From the NCBI GenBank assembly GCA_963924565.1, contig OZ004615.1:7440001-7504000 (forward strand): 64,000 bases of DNA, given 5' to 3'. Both the position numbers and the translations under genes were made by a program. The notes under the pieces are model-generated. The model worked only from the letters and a program-made list of their open reading frames with translations, did not search any database and was not told the DNA's origin. The first letter of the stretch is position 1. Each line of letters begins with the position of its first letter. Below, piece by piece: positions 56,701 to 64,000 of this stretch. This DNA comes from Ascidiella aspersa. Its lineage: Eukaryota.

Positions 56701-59700
56701 TGTGTGTATTTGACTATCCATTCGTCTCGATATAGTCAATGAAGTTGTTGTAATATACCTTTGCCTCCAACTGGGTAATAATCAACGTGTACACGAGTCT
56801 CCAGTTTTTACTATTTACCACAAACGAGTAAAAAACTAACAAAGAAAAAAAACAAGCACGTTTGCCGTTTGTCTGCTTGCAAACGCATGCATGAGGTTTG
56901 ACCTCGCAACAGGATTGAATTGCTTGGATTTAACGCACGTCGCCGCTTCGGTTTGCAAAGCATCCTTACAGCAAGGTACGTGGCATGTGTACTGGTCTGA
57001 TAGCATGTGTTTTAACACGCATTACGATATCAGTATAGTATCATAATTAGTGTAAATTTGTCATATGTCATACATGTACATTTAAATAAGCTCACTCGCT
57101 AACCACGATTCCATTCTTTCCCCGCGCAGAAAAATCAAAACTGGACGAAACCGGCAAACAGTATTTGAGCCACGTTGAAATGCAGCTGTACAGCAATCCC
57201 AGCAGCTACGAGCTGAGTTTACCAATCGACGACGTCACAACCGAGTTTTCGCCCATGATAGCCGAGCCTCTGCGGGCCTTGGCGGCCATGGTGGGCCAGG
57301 AGGCGCGGTTCCAGGTGCGCCTGGCCGCCCTGCCGGCGCCCGAGATCGTCTGGTACAAGGACGGCAAGCCGCTGAAGGGTCTTGGACCGGGTTTGGACGG
57401 GCCCAAGTACCGATTCTACTTTCAGACTCGCGCGCACAGTCACACGCGCGGCGTCCTAATCGCGCCAGTGGCGCCCGAGGACGCCGGGGTGTACGAGGTG
57501 CGCGCCTGGAACAGACTTGGAACCGTGACTTGCAGCGCCGTGCTGTCTGTCAAAGGTAATTTGACAAAGAGGCCGGCCGTTAGTGCTGCTGCTGCTGCTG
57601 TTGGTTTGACTGTGGCGAATGGGACTCGACGATTGGGTTAACAAAAAACTGCTCCGATGCCAAATTAATTATTCGATTTTTATTAACCTAAAGGTGTAAA
57701 TCGAGTTGTGTCGATATTTTTGTAAATTAAACACCCTATTGCCTCAGTTGTAATTTGCCCTCGATTCAATCCAATTAGAAAGAAAATGATAAATAATAAT
57801 CGTCTGTTCATAATGGTACGATTGCTTCGCCTCTGTAAATGCTGTAATCTAAATAAATACTTTACGCACGCTGACGTTTGTTTTTCTTCCCCCATCATCC
57901 TCCCCTCTCCTCGTCACTTCGCTGTTCTCATCATCACAAACACACAATCTTATATATTATATTTATCCACATCCATGCCATGCTTTCTCCACGTCCCCCC
58001 AACTGATTGTTTCTCGGCACGCCTGTGTCCGTAACTGATGTGTGCGCCCGCTATTGCTTTCGATCCAATAAATCGATGCGCGCACAAAAAACGACCTGGT
58101 AAATTTTAACATCAAAAAAATAAATAAACGACAGACGTAGCGGCCAGCCAAACGCAGAGCACGGAAAGCGACAGCGACGGTAGCGCCCAGCGACGCGAAA
58201 TTGCGCGGCTCGAGCACGAAGTTGCGCCCGCGGCGCGCCACATCAGTCACGTGACAACGCGCCTCGCCAAACCCACCCCAACCCCGTCAGAAAAGTCATC
58301 AGATCACGTAGGTCCTCTCCGTGGGGAGGAGGACGCGACTTCTCCTCCGAAAGAGGCGATCCGCGGACTCTCGATTCGGTTTGTTCCCGAAGTGAAGCCG
58401 AGCGTGCAGAAGCAAGCAGGACAACAGCCTCGAACGGAATCGACCGTGGCCTTAAAGAAGCGGGTCTCGTTTTCGGCCGATCACGATTACGTTCTTATCT
58501 CGCCCGCATCCACTCCCCTGACGCCGTACAGCGACGAGGACGAAGACACGTTCACCGAAACGTCGGAGGACGAGTTTCAGTTCGAGCCGCCGATGGCCAC
58601 CAGCGAGTTCTACGTGGACCGTGGCCGCGACCTCGAGTGGGAAGCGAGAAGCGGTCAGGAGAGTCCGTCCTCGCACACCAGAGGACTCAGCATGCTACAG
58701 ATGCAGGTGAAGGGAGTCGAGAGGCAGATGCCGACCGTCGACGTCTTAGTGAAATGCAAAGGGGCTGAAGCGACAGAATCAGCAGTACCCCCATCACCGG
58801 ACGTTGGATTACAACGGAGTTACTCGCGTCAGATGAAGGTAGATTTGTCGAGGCCCGAAAGCCCGCGCTCGCCGAAGCCCAAAGTCCAAACCGTTACAAG
58901 CAAGACAAGCCAGACCCTTTCAAAACTAAAGGAAGTGACCCCGGGCGATAAAAGGCAAACCTCTCGCGCCGAGATAAGTGTCGACGAGAGAAGGGAATTT
59001 CCTGACTTTACGGCGGTCGTGGCGAAACCAAAGGCAGCGGTCTCCCCTCAGGTCGACAGCAGATCTCCCGAGCGTAGAGCGAAGCAAACCGCAGAGGCGG
59101 GAACCTTGGCTTACGCGCGGACGGCTAACGGTCAAGTACAGACAGAGGCTAGGAGGTCCAGCGGATCCTCACAGACCTCTTCCACCACCGAGAGCAAAGA
59201 AAGCTCCACGGACGAAGGGGTTGTGGCCAGAACCCAGACCCCGACCTTGCGTACTAAAGCCGCCGACTCGCAGACGCAATTTCAGGCGTACGGCGCCACG
59301 CAGACGCGGTATAGGCGTGCCGGCGACCAAGAGAAATTAGTGCCAGTACCGGAAATACGTGGATTCGACGCCGCGACTGTAACAGAGCCGGAGCAAGCGA
59401 CAAAACGCTCACACACTGAAATAAACACCGGAGCGCAAAAAGTCGTCGCTGTATCTAAGCCTATGCAGCGTACTTCCGCGCCCAAATCGCCAGTCCAGAG
59501 GTCGACCATTGCAGGAACCCAGACGGTATCAGGAATCGAAACCGCGTCGGGAGGAAGCCAGACCTTTCCTCAAACCAGGTCCAGCACAAGTCAGGCTCGC
59601 CTGGAAACGAGAACCACAGAGACATCTGTGGAAACCAGAGATTCTTCCGTCCGGACGCAAACCCCGGAGAGAAGAACCTCCGCGTCCGAAACTCAGACAC

Positions 59701-62700
59701 AGTTCAAGTCCTACCAAGGCACGCAGACCGAGAAACGCCGCTCATCCGGCGAGAAGACAATGCAAACGGACTTTTCCTCCACAAAGATTTCGCAGACGGA
59801 GCGCGAGTCGCAAAGAGCCCCGCCGAAAATGCACGTAGCCACTGTGAAGCCCATACAGATGGAACGACCCAAGTCGGTCAAGGGAAAGGAAACGTCCTTC
59901 ATCGCCACGACCGAGACGCAGACCTTCACACAGAAAAGGTCCGGTTCTGTGCAAACCACGCCGCGAATAAGCACAAGGACAACCTCGACGGAATCGATCG
60001 GTTCTTCAAACGAAACCCAAACTCCGAGCCGGTCTTCCTCGGTGATGGAGACTCAAACCCACGAGATGAGCTACAGAGAAACGCAGACCGACCATCGTCC
60101 AGGCACAGACGCAAAAATGCTTCAGACCGATTTTTCCTCAACCGCCGAATCTCAAACGATCTATCAGCGCCCGTCTGGGATGGCATCCGAAACTCAGACC
60201 GCCTCTGTGCAAAGCAAAGGCATTGGAACAGATCAAAAGGCGACCAAACAGCGTCAAATTCATGTGGCAACCGTGGTAACGCGTACCATAGACGACAGCG
60301 CCCAGACCGAGAGTAGACTTGACTCACACAGCGTACAGACCGGCTCGGATGTAAGTTCGGTTGAGTCGCAAGCCAACGTAGGCCGACGAAGCTTCTCGAC
60401 TCAAGCGGCGCCGCGTTCGGCGACCAGCGAGACTTCAACCGAAATGCGAAGCGTTACGACTCGAACCCAAACCGCCAAGAAAACCACCGGCGCCGTAGAA
60501 ACCCAGACGCAAGCAAAGAGGTACGGTTCATCGCAAACTGATGCCGCGCCGTCGCGAGATACAGAAGCGGTGCAAACTGATTTCGCGGCCACCAAGACTT
60601 CGCAAACTGCGACATCCAAGTCTGTGGGCCGCGATTCGGAGACGCAAACCAAGCAGCTCCGGTCGAAAAGCTCCTGGACCGAAGAAGATGCGTCTCCGGT
60701 TGCGGCGCCGATGCGCGAAGAAGTATTTGCTGAGCCCGAAGCGGCACCGGAAAAGATCATGAGCCACACGGCCAATGTTGTAGCCGTTCCTGTTCACAAC
60801 ATCGCCAGTAGTAAAAATCTGGATCCGGTTTCAGTGGTTTTGCCTATTTTGGATGAAACCACGAGCGACGGACGACGGACCCGGAAACCGACCGTTCACC
60901 TTTCCCACGCCAAAGCAGTGGCGGTTAAAGAGGAAACGAGATTTGAAAAGGCCGTACAGAGCCCGCCGCTCGCGAGAAAGCGTGTCGGAAAACCTACAGA
61001 CAAATCGAAATCGACAAAGACAAAGCCGACAACGGTGGTGTCAGAAACTGAAACCGACTCCAGGATTGCTCCAGCTCCACGCATACGACAAGAGCCTACT
61101 ACAGAGCAACAGTTGGCACCCACTGCGGAAATCGCTCAGGCGATGCGACAGGGTATCAAAACCATCAGCGATGAGCAGACTCCGACACAAAGAGTTGCGC
61201 AGATTCAGGTGACCCAAGTTACCAAGAAGACCTCGACAAGGAAGGACGGTGGCGCCGTGCACTCTGTTTCGGAGACGATCGCCTCCCAGCAAGTGTGGAA
61301 CCCGATTACTCGAGAATTCCAGGAGGTCTCCATGGAGCAGAGCCAGGTGTCCGGTCCTGGAAAGGTTCAAATCAAAGCCTCGTCTGAAGAGGAACCGGTC
61401 AAAGAAAAGCCTTCGAAACGAGGTGATGTGATTGTGCACCCGATCCAGTCTGTCGGTGACGCAGTTCAACCTACACAAGTAAAGAAAACAGAGGAAACGG
61501 AAGAAGACGTGATTCGACCCACGGTGCAACCTGGTGTTTCACCGAAACTAAAAGTTAAACAAACAATGGCGGAAAAAGCGAGGTCGTTGCGGTCTCTAAC
61601 AGACCAAATGGCAAAAGACCAAACGCAAACATCCAAGCGGGAGATTCTTAAACCCAAGGACACGGTTTCGGAACCCCCTATTCAACCCACTTCAAAAGAT
61701 CGGGATACCTTGAAAGATGTTGATATTACTTTGGATAATCTTTCCGATGCTATTGTAGAGGTTGCTAAACCTACACCGGTCGTTGCCACACCAGTCGCTC
61801 AACCTATCGCACCTAAACCGATAGAAACGCAACCGAAAATCGAGGTTACTGAACAAAAGGGTGATGTACTCGAAGAGAAAGGCGCTGAACCAGCGAAACC
61901 CGTTACAAAGCCATTGGAAAAGAGTGAAACAAAGAAAACTAAACGTGTTTGGAACTCGCGCACACGCCAGTTTGACGAGGTGGAAATCGAAATCTCCGTT
62001 ACTCAAAAACAAGAAAATATTAAATCTGCTAAAGCGAGTCCAAAGACCACACAGGTAACCTCAGAAGAAAGTGTTACTAAATTAGCCTCAAAGCAAGTGA
62101 CCGAGACTGAAACGGTACCGAAAGTGGAACCACAGGTTGATTCACTGTCACTTAAAACACACGAACAATCCGAGGTGGTTGTTGAACAGAGGATTGGAAT
62201 GACAAAACGATCTCCGACCGCCAAGGAAATGACGACAGCCCTGGCTTCTCTAACCGACAATATGTCGAGAGACGAAAAAGAAGTGCCACCAAAACGTACT
62301 CCCGTTATTCCCGGGGCAGAAAAGGTTACCGAAGAAGCTGTGCAGCCTAAAGACAGACGAGAGGCCAGTGTCGATGTTGAGGTTGATGACCTGCCTCCGA
62401 AAGAGGTATCCCTCGATCAAAAGCAAACTACTAGAAAGGTGTCTGCGCAAACATCAACCACCGTGACCACTCAGGAAATTAAAACGACCAAACGTGTTTG
62501 GAATCCAAAGACCCGGCAATTCGACGAGGTTGCAATCGAAAAGTCGACCAAAACAACTTCGGACACCAAACAGAAACCAAAGAGTGTCACAGAGATTAAG
62601 GAAATCAAATCTGACGAATCACGTTTACAGGAATTACACGACGCTACAGCCTTAACGCAAACTGTAGACGAAGTTAGTGTGGAGACATCGTTCACTGACA

Positions 62701-64000
62701 CTCCGTCTCAACCTAAAGAGTTGGAGAAGTCAAAATCGCAAATCGATATTAAGCATTCAACGCCAGAAGTAAAACTAGAACCGGAAACAAAGCATAATAT
62801 TCACGTTGAAACGTCTAAACCGGTCAGTGTTTCAACTAAATCTGAAACAGAAACGGTGCCATCTGCTGAACCGAAACAAAAATCTGACGAAGAGAAGCCA
62901 CGAATGACGTGGAATTCTAAAACGCGGCAATTCGAGGAGGTACTTTCCGTTGTTAAAGTTCCAACGTCGAAGGCCACCGCTCAGGAACCTGCCAAAGTAG
63001 ACATTCCAACGGTCGAGGAACCAAAACCAGCCGTGACCAAGCCGCATGCTGAACCAGAGACTGCATTCCAGAAGGTTCCGGTTGCGACCGAACCGCAAAC
63101 TGCTTTAACCGGGGACGAATATGTTCAGCCCGTGTTTCGGGATGTTAAAACCGGGAAGGTAGACAAACAGGACGTGGAAAAAATACCGATTAAGACGTCG
63201 GGCAAGTCTAAAGAATTAACACTGTTTTTAACTGACGCGTTAGTGGTTGATCAACCACAACAGGGAAAAGTTAAACAATCTGAACCCTCCCAAGCTCTTA
63301 AAGTTGCCGAAGAGCCGATTTATAAAAAGGATAGGGAGACGGTTGCAACTAGCATTGATGCACCTACTTCACCAGAGCAAACAATTCCAGCCGCTGTTTC
63401 CAAAAGCGTTAAAATTGGGGAAGTTGCAACTATTGAAGTAAAAGAAACTCATGAAAGGATATCTGGTGATGCTTTATCGCAAGAAGAAAAGAAAACCAAG
63501 AGGGTTTGGAATCCTAAAACGCGACGCTTCGATGAAGTTATAGTTGAAATCTCAACAACAACAAAAACTCAAGATTCTAAACCGAAAAAGACAGCAAAGC
63601 CTTCCCCAGCGAAAACCGAAGAAATAGCTCCAGAAACAACCAAAGCACCAAAAACTGATATTCAAGTAAAAGTGACCGAAATGCCAGAAACTGATACAAG
63701 TGTTCAGACTGAATTGGTATCGTCAACAAAACCTGGTGACGAGGAGATTATACATCCTATTACTTTGGGTGTAAAACCTACGAAAACAAAGGCCATTTAT
63801 AAAACATCCGCTGTGGAATCACTTACCGATGCAATGTCTATAAAGGGCATTCAACCGGAACCAGTTTCATTGCCAAGCGGTGTTGCTGTTACAGAAGATT
63901 TAGTTCAGCCAAAAGATAAAGATTCTGTTGATATTTCTGTCCCATATGAACCTACACCACCCGAGGAAATCCCGGTCGGTAAGTCCCGCGAAGACATTAA
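14090..64000 (+). CDS. TTN: Titin/connectin, N-terminal part (Z-disk to proximal I-band); 52 coding exons in the window; gene continues beyond it
   Basis: The spliced translation starts MSRQNNLMADPAVEPPRFLQSLQGVVAVEGGQACFEAIITGFPRPEVRW (Z1-like). It follows human titin domain by domain, including non-Ig landmarks: RQSPSPIRS, IPPW, SPSRRLDD..EKFFKPKF, AWYTATAVNK.GRD.TRCKVNVE, DLYD..KMQKP, EFG, EDMRSVL, IRKTKDDLAHWSK and I1 WFYPEDKVCEM.IRD. All junction phases are consistent. Confidence 0.96.
14841..14898 (+). other. tRNA-derived fragment (3' half only; tRNA pseudogene or SINE head)
   Basis: Perfect T-arm GTGAG-TTCGAAC-CTCAC (B-box) at 14861-14877 followed by a T run. No D-arm or acceptor stem was found. 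Confidence 0.4.
15590..16462 (+). CDS. TTN: Titin Ig Z2 (exons 15590-15714, 16300-16462)
   Basis: PPDFTLRLANVEASQGDLVRFQVRASGVPTPRVKWYRE|GAEIRNCADFQIRCEEGLYSLTIAEACEEDTGRFTVTASNQGGKATSTAVLTVSG; very close to human Z2. Confidence 0.93.
16045..16128. repeat. Short imperfect tandem repeat, about 3 copies of TTTCGACGTGTGTTGCAATTTCAGC
   Basis: Read directly from the sequence. Confidence 0.75.
17033..20534 (+). CDS. TTN: Titin Z-disk unique insertion (exons 17033-17187, 17747-17878, 18192-18341, 18876-19403, 20424-20534)
   Basis: In-frame exons with canonical splice sites. They include RRQSPSPIRSVRMSPP and IPPW, matching the vertebrate SP-rich Z insertion. The last small exon is the least certain. 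Confidence 0.8.
17232..17536. mobile_element. hAT/Charlie-like MITE
   Basis: CAGTAGTTCCCAAC...GGTTGAGAAACACTG with internal GGCACCC motifs; TSD degenerate. Confidence 0.55.
18388..18448. repeat. Tandem repeat, 3 copies of ~21 bp (TATATTGGTCACGCTTGATTG)
   Basis: Read directly from the sequence. Confidence 0.85.
20246..20285 (-). ncRNA. Minimal type I hammerhead ribozyme motif (intact core, weakened stem I)
   Basis: Minus strand reads ACA-CUGAUGA-U-GGCA-UGAGGUAU-UGCC-GAAA-CG-UU/UAU. Confidence 0.5.
21094..23607 (+). CDS. TTN: Titin Ig Z3, linker and Ig Z4 (exons 21094-21223, 21704-21858, 22234-22331, 22591-22991, 23494-23607)
   Basis: Z3: LQCEVMGNPVPSVTWFRDG...DFEMTYNGRVSCLLIRE...DAGEFTCSATNAQG. 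Z4: KLVEGGSVQLDCVISGIPPPRVTWAKNG...LVITMVFVEDVGEYTITATN. Confidence 0.9.
23181..23224 (+). ncRNA. Minimal hammerhead-like motif, G8A variant (probably impaired)
   Basis: UGCC-CUGAUAA-A-GAU..CCU.GUAU.AGG..AUC-GAAA-CG-UC/GGUA. A similar motif lies at 30817-30860. Confidence 0.45.
23959..25136 (+). CDS. TTN: Titin SP/SPxR-rich linker (exons 23959-24085, 24951-25136; the intron between them is GC-AG)
   Basis: ...ISRSPVRVASPSRRLDDLDQLDIEKFFK corresponds to human ...SPGRRLEETDESQLERLYK. The donor is CCAG|GCAAGT at 24085. Confidence 0.82.
24453..24867 (+). mobile_element. Diverged copy of the same hAT MITE family
   Basis: GTGTTGTAA...AAGTCCCAGTCCAAGTCA...ATTACAACACTG. A further fragment lies near 18075-18150. 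Confidence 0.7.
25390..36178 (+). CDS. TTN: Titin Ig Z6-Z9 equivalents (exons 25390-25502, 31048-31212, 31826-31994, 32480-32717, 33286-33435, 33791-33902, 34478-34632, 35076-35266, 35913-36178)
   Basis: Segments PKFLKKP..CNEGQATRIDCKVTGRP; HRVVVKEDGIRSLIISPA; PDIVWLKD; AHFECHIVPIGDP..VEWLLDGKPLEYANR; IVLQPDPIRVQEGDPARFRCRV; SKRFRVWCDGIHY. All recognisably match the human Z-disk Ig series. Confidence 0.92.
25645..25931. repeat. Diverged direct duplication, ~100-bp unit with ~187-bp period
   Basis: ATAGGCATTT...GTATCCCAAACAAACG.TACA.CCCCTGCCAC..TACTACACCTG occurs twice. Confidence 0.7.
28047..28345. repeat. Diverged tandem duplication, ~154-bp period
   Basis: TCTGGCCTATGT..AG..GTA.GTTAAACGGT.GGTAAAAT.GTAAAAC...AAAT(T)GCATTTAT occurs twice. 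Confidence 0.7.
29710..30447 (+). CDS. Hypothetical 245-aa ORF nested in the largest titin intron (nested gene or alternative first exon)
   Basis: The frame is open from 29560 to 30447 with ATG at 29710 (MEEILNTTKGEQQLPCWRLEPEY...). Codon usage is exon-like and GC3-rich inside an otherwise AT-rich intron. No domain was recognised. Confidence 0.45.
   Translation: MEEILNTTKGEQQLPCWRLEPEYIVNSLPLPSKYDEPVAVSTDSDSGYRRSFSSDDRPFTEPETPSTTHSAEMNSAELIKRAADQLASLSPALIRDRLTQQPVLKTSLGIGMSIESSTAEPKLTRPPKIKEAALRYTGINSLKDLRSYMSRKRALKSDATVQPLPATADAKLSPPISKSLKNGGGVEKSRFGRVAEVGVSPWLKADLHIYVCVCSKGKFPSSVCLRSTCERHCYRRVPARSVFLR
34243..34391. mobile_element. Palindromic Penelope-like remnant carrying a hammerhead motif
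   Basis: Imperfect inverted arms of about 65 bp. Combined consensus TTAA-CTGATGA-T-GATRC-AAGCTC-GYATC-GAAACGTC-TTAA. A related copy lies at about 50-135. Confidence 0.6.
36654..38553 (+). CDS. TTN: Titin Z/I junction linker and Ig I1 (exons 36654-36817, 37353-37505, 38163-38348, 38436-38553)
   Basis: Linker EELQSKF and YEVFIRKTKDDLAHWSK, then EAPIVLERLYNQTANEGEDARFRVRF..WFYPE|DKVCEMYIRD...NIAGQAGSQGFLLVQ (I1-like). The donor at 37505 is weak. Confidence 0.88.
39077..50213 (+). CDS. TTN: Proximal I-band tandem Ig segment, 11 domains (exons 39077-39385, 39613-39743, 39918-40053, 40477-40618, 41141-41265, 41682-42079, 42597-42732, 43152-43418, 43904-44170, 45465-45607, 46055-46306, 46859-46994, 47575-47850, 48349-48496, 50089-50213)
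   Basis: Repeated ~90-aa Ig units with W-x-K-D/N-G, H-x-L and D-x-G-x-Y-x-F-x-x-G motifs; splice phases consistent. Confidence 0.9.
40079..40350. mobile_element. hAT/Charlie-like MITE
   Basis: CAGGGGTTCTTGAACT...AGTTTAAGAACCTCTG; TSD AGTTATAG/AGCTATAG (7 of 8). Confidence 0.75.
40994..41032 (-). ncRNA. Minimal type I hammerhead ribozyme motif with an intact core
   Basis: Minus strand reads GAGA-CUGAUGA-U-GCCA-UAUUUUG-UGGC-GAAA-UA-UA/UUUC: 4-bp stem I, 4-bp stem II, palindromic AUAU stem III. Confidence 0.6.
50872..53948 (+). CDS. TTN: Two Ig domains equivalent to the last constitutive proximal I-band Igs of vertebrate titin (exons 50872-51012, 52391-52534, 52835-52960, 53760-53948)
   Basis: PEAPKFVQEL..GRPTPKITWYRE..FKYKLLHDEDQYTL; EGQSARFQCKIAGT..RIKPSRYFK..QLEVTEAYPEDEGEY. 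These closely resemble the human domains preceding the novex/N2B exons. Confidence 0.9.
53359..53680. mobile_element. hAT/Charlie-like MITE
   Basis: CAGTGCTTCCAAACC...GGTTGGGAAGCACTG with subterminal GGGTCGC; TSD CTTTAAAA/CTTTAAAC (7 of 8). Confidence 0.78.
55327..57555 (+). CDS. TTN: Two further Ig domains, probably alternatively spliced (exons 55327-55475 with 55992-56127; and 57130-57555)
   Basis: EPPRVIEPLQPAHVIEGSAVKLEC..DSGEIRCHASNFAG; SPMIAEPLRALAAMVGQEARFQV..WYKDG..EDAGVYEVRAWNRLG. Both units are phase 1 to phase 1. Confidence 0.8.
58135..63978 (+). CDS. TTN: Giant titin exon (~1948 codons): unique region with an xQT array, then a PEVK-like T/E/K/P/V-rich region
   Basis: Phase-1 acceptor at 58134. 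The frame with codons starting at 58137 has no stop to the window end (it is absent from the ORF track, which lists only closed ORFs). A phase-1 donor G|GTAAGT at 63978 is a candidate end, but the exon may run further. Confidence 0.8.

Noticed and set aside
14090-57555. Alternative identities: obscurin, palladin/myotilin, twitchin or sallimus
   Set aside because: Domain order and non-Ig linker motifs follow vertebrate titin Z1 to I-band specifically.
59130-60650. ATM/ATR SQ/TQ cluster domain as the explanation of the QT array
   Set aside because: The conserved unit is QT, including VQT, MQT, LQT and AQT which cannot be S/T-Q sites. That fits the LC8 anchor better, although kinase sites are not excluded.
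58452-63441. The many short ORFs on both strands listed in the track over this region
   Set aside because: They are shadow frames of the single long + strand frame starting at 58137.

Overview
Eukaryotic genomic DNA with AT-rich introns and GC3-rich exons. It is from a chordate invertebrate, most likely a tunicate (inference). Positions 878-10626 hold the last seven exons of an unidentified + strand gene encoding a low-complexity protein. From about 13170 to the end of the window is the 5' part of a titin/connectin gene (TTN, + strand). It has a muscle-type promoter (CRE, E-boxes, MEF2, TATA), a non-coding exon 1, and 52 hand-assembled coding exons starting at ATG 14090. These encode Z-disk Ig domains equivalent to Z1-Z4 and Z6-Z9, I1 and about 15 further proximal I-band Ig domains. 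A giant (~5.8 kb) stop-free exon follows from 58135 and is absent from the ORF track. The most striking signals are in that exon: a dense array of 29 xQT motifs (14 exact TQT), which look like multivalent LC8/DYNLL-binding sites and are arranged in higher-order repeats; a PP1-type KKRVSF motif; and five copies of a WNPxTRxFxE motif spaced through PEVK-like sequence. Other notable items are a CpG-rich 5.5-kb titin intron carrying a 245-codon nested ORF, about ten Penelope-type minimal hammerhead ribozyme motifs, several hAT MITEs with 8-bp TSDs, and an inverted MITE pair closely flanking four in-frame exons of the upstream gene. All exon boundaries and translations were read by hand; no database search was run.
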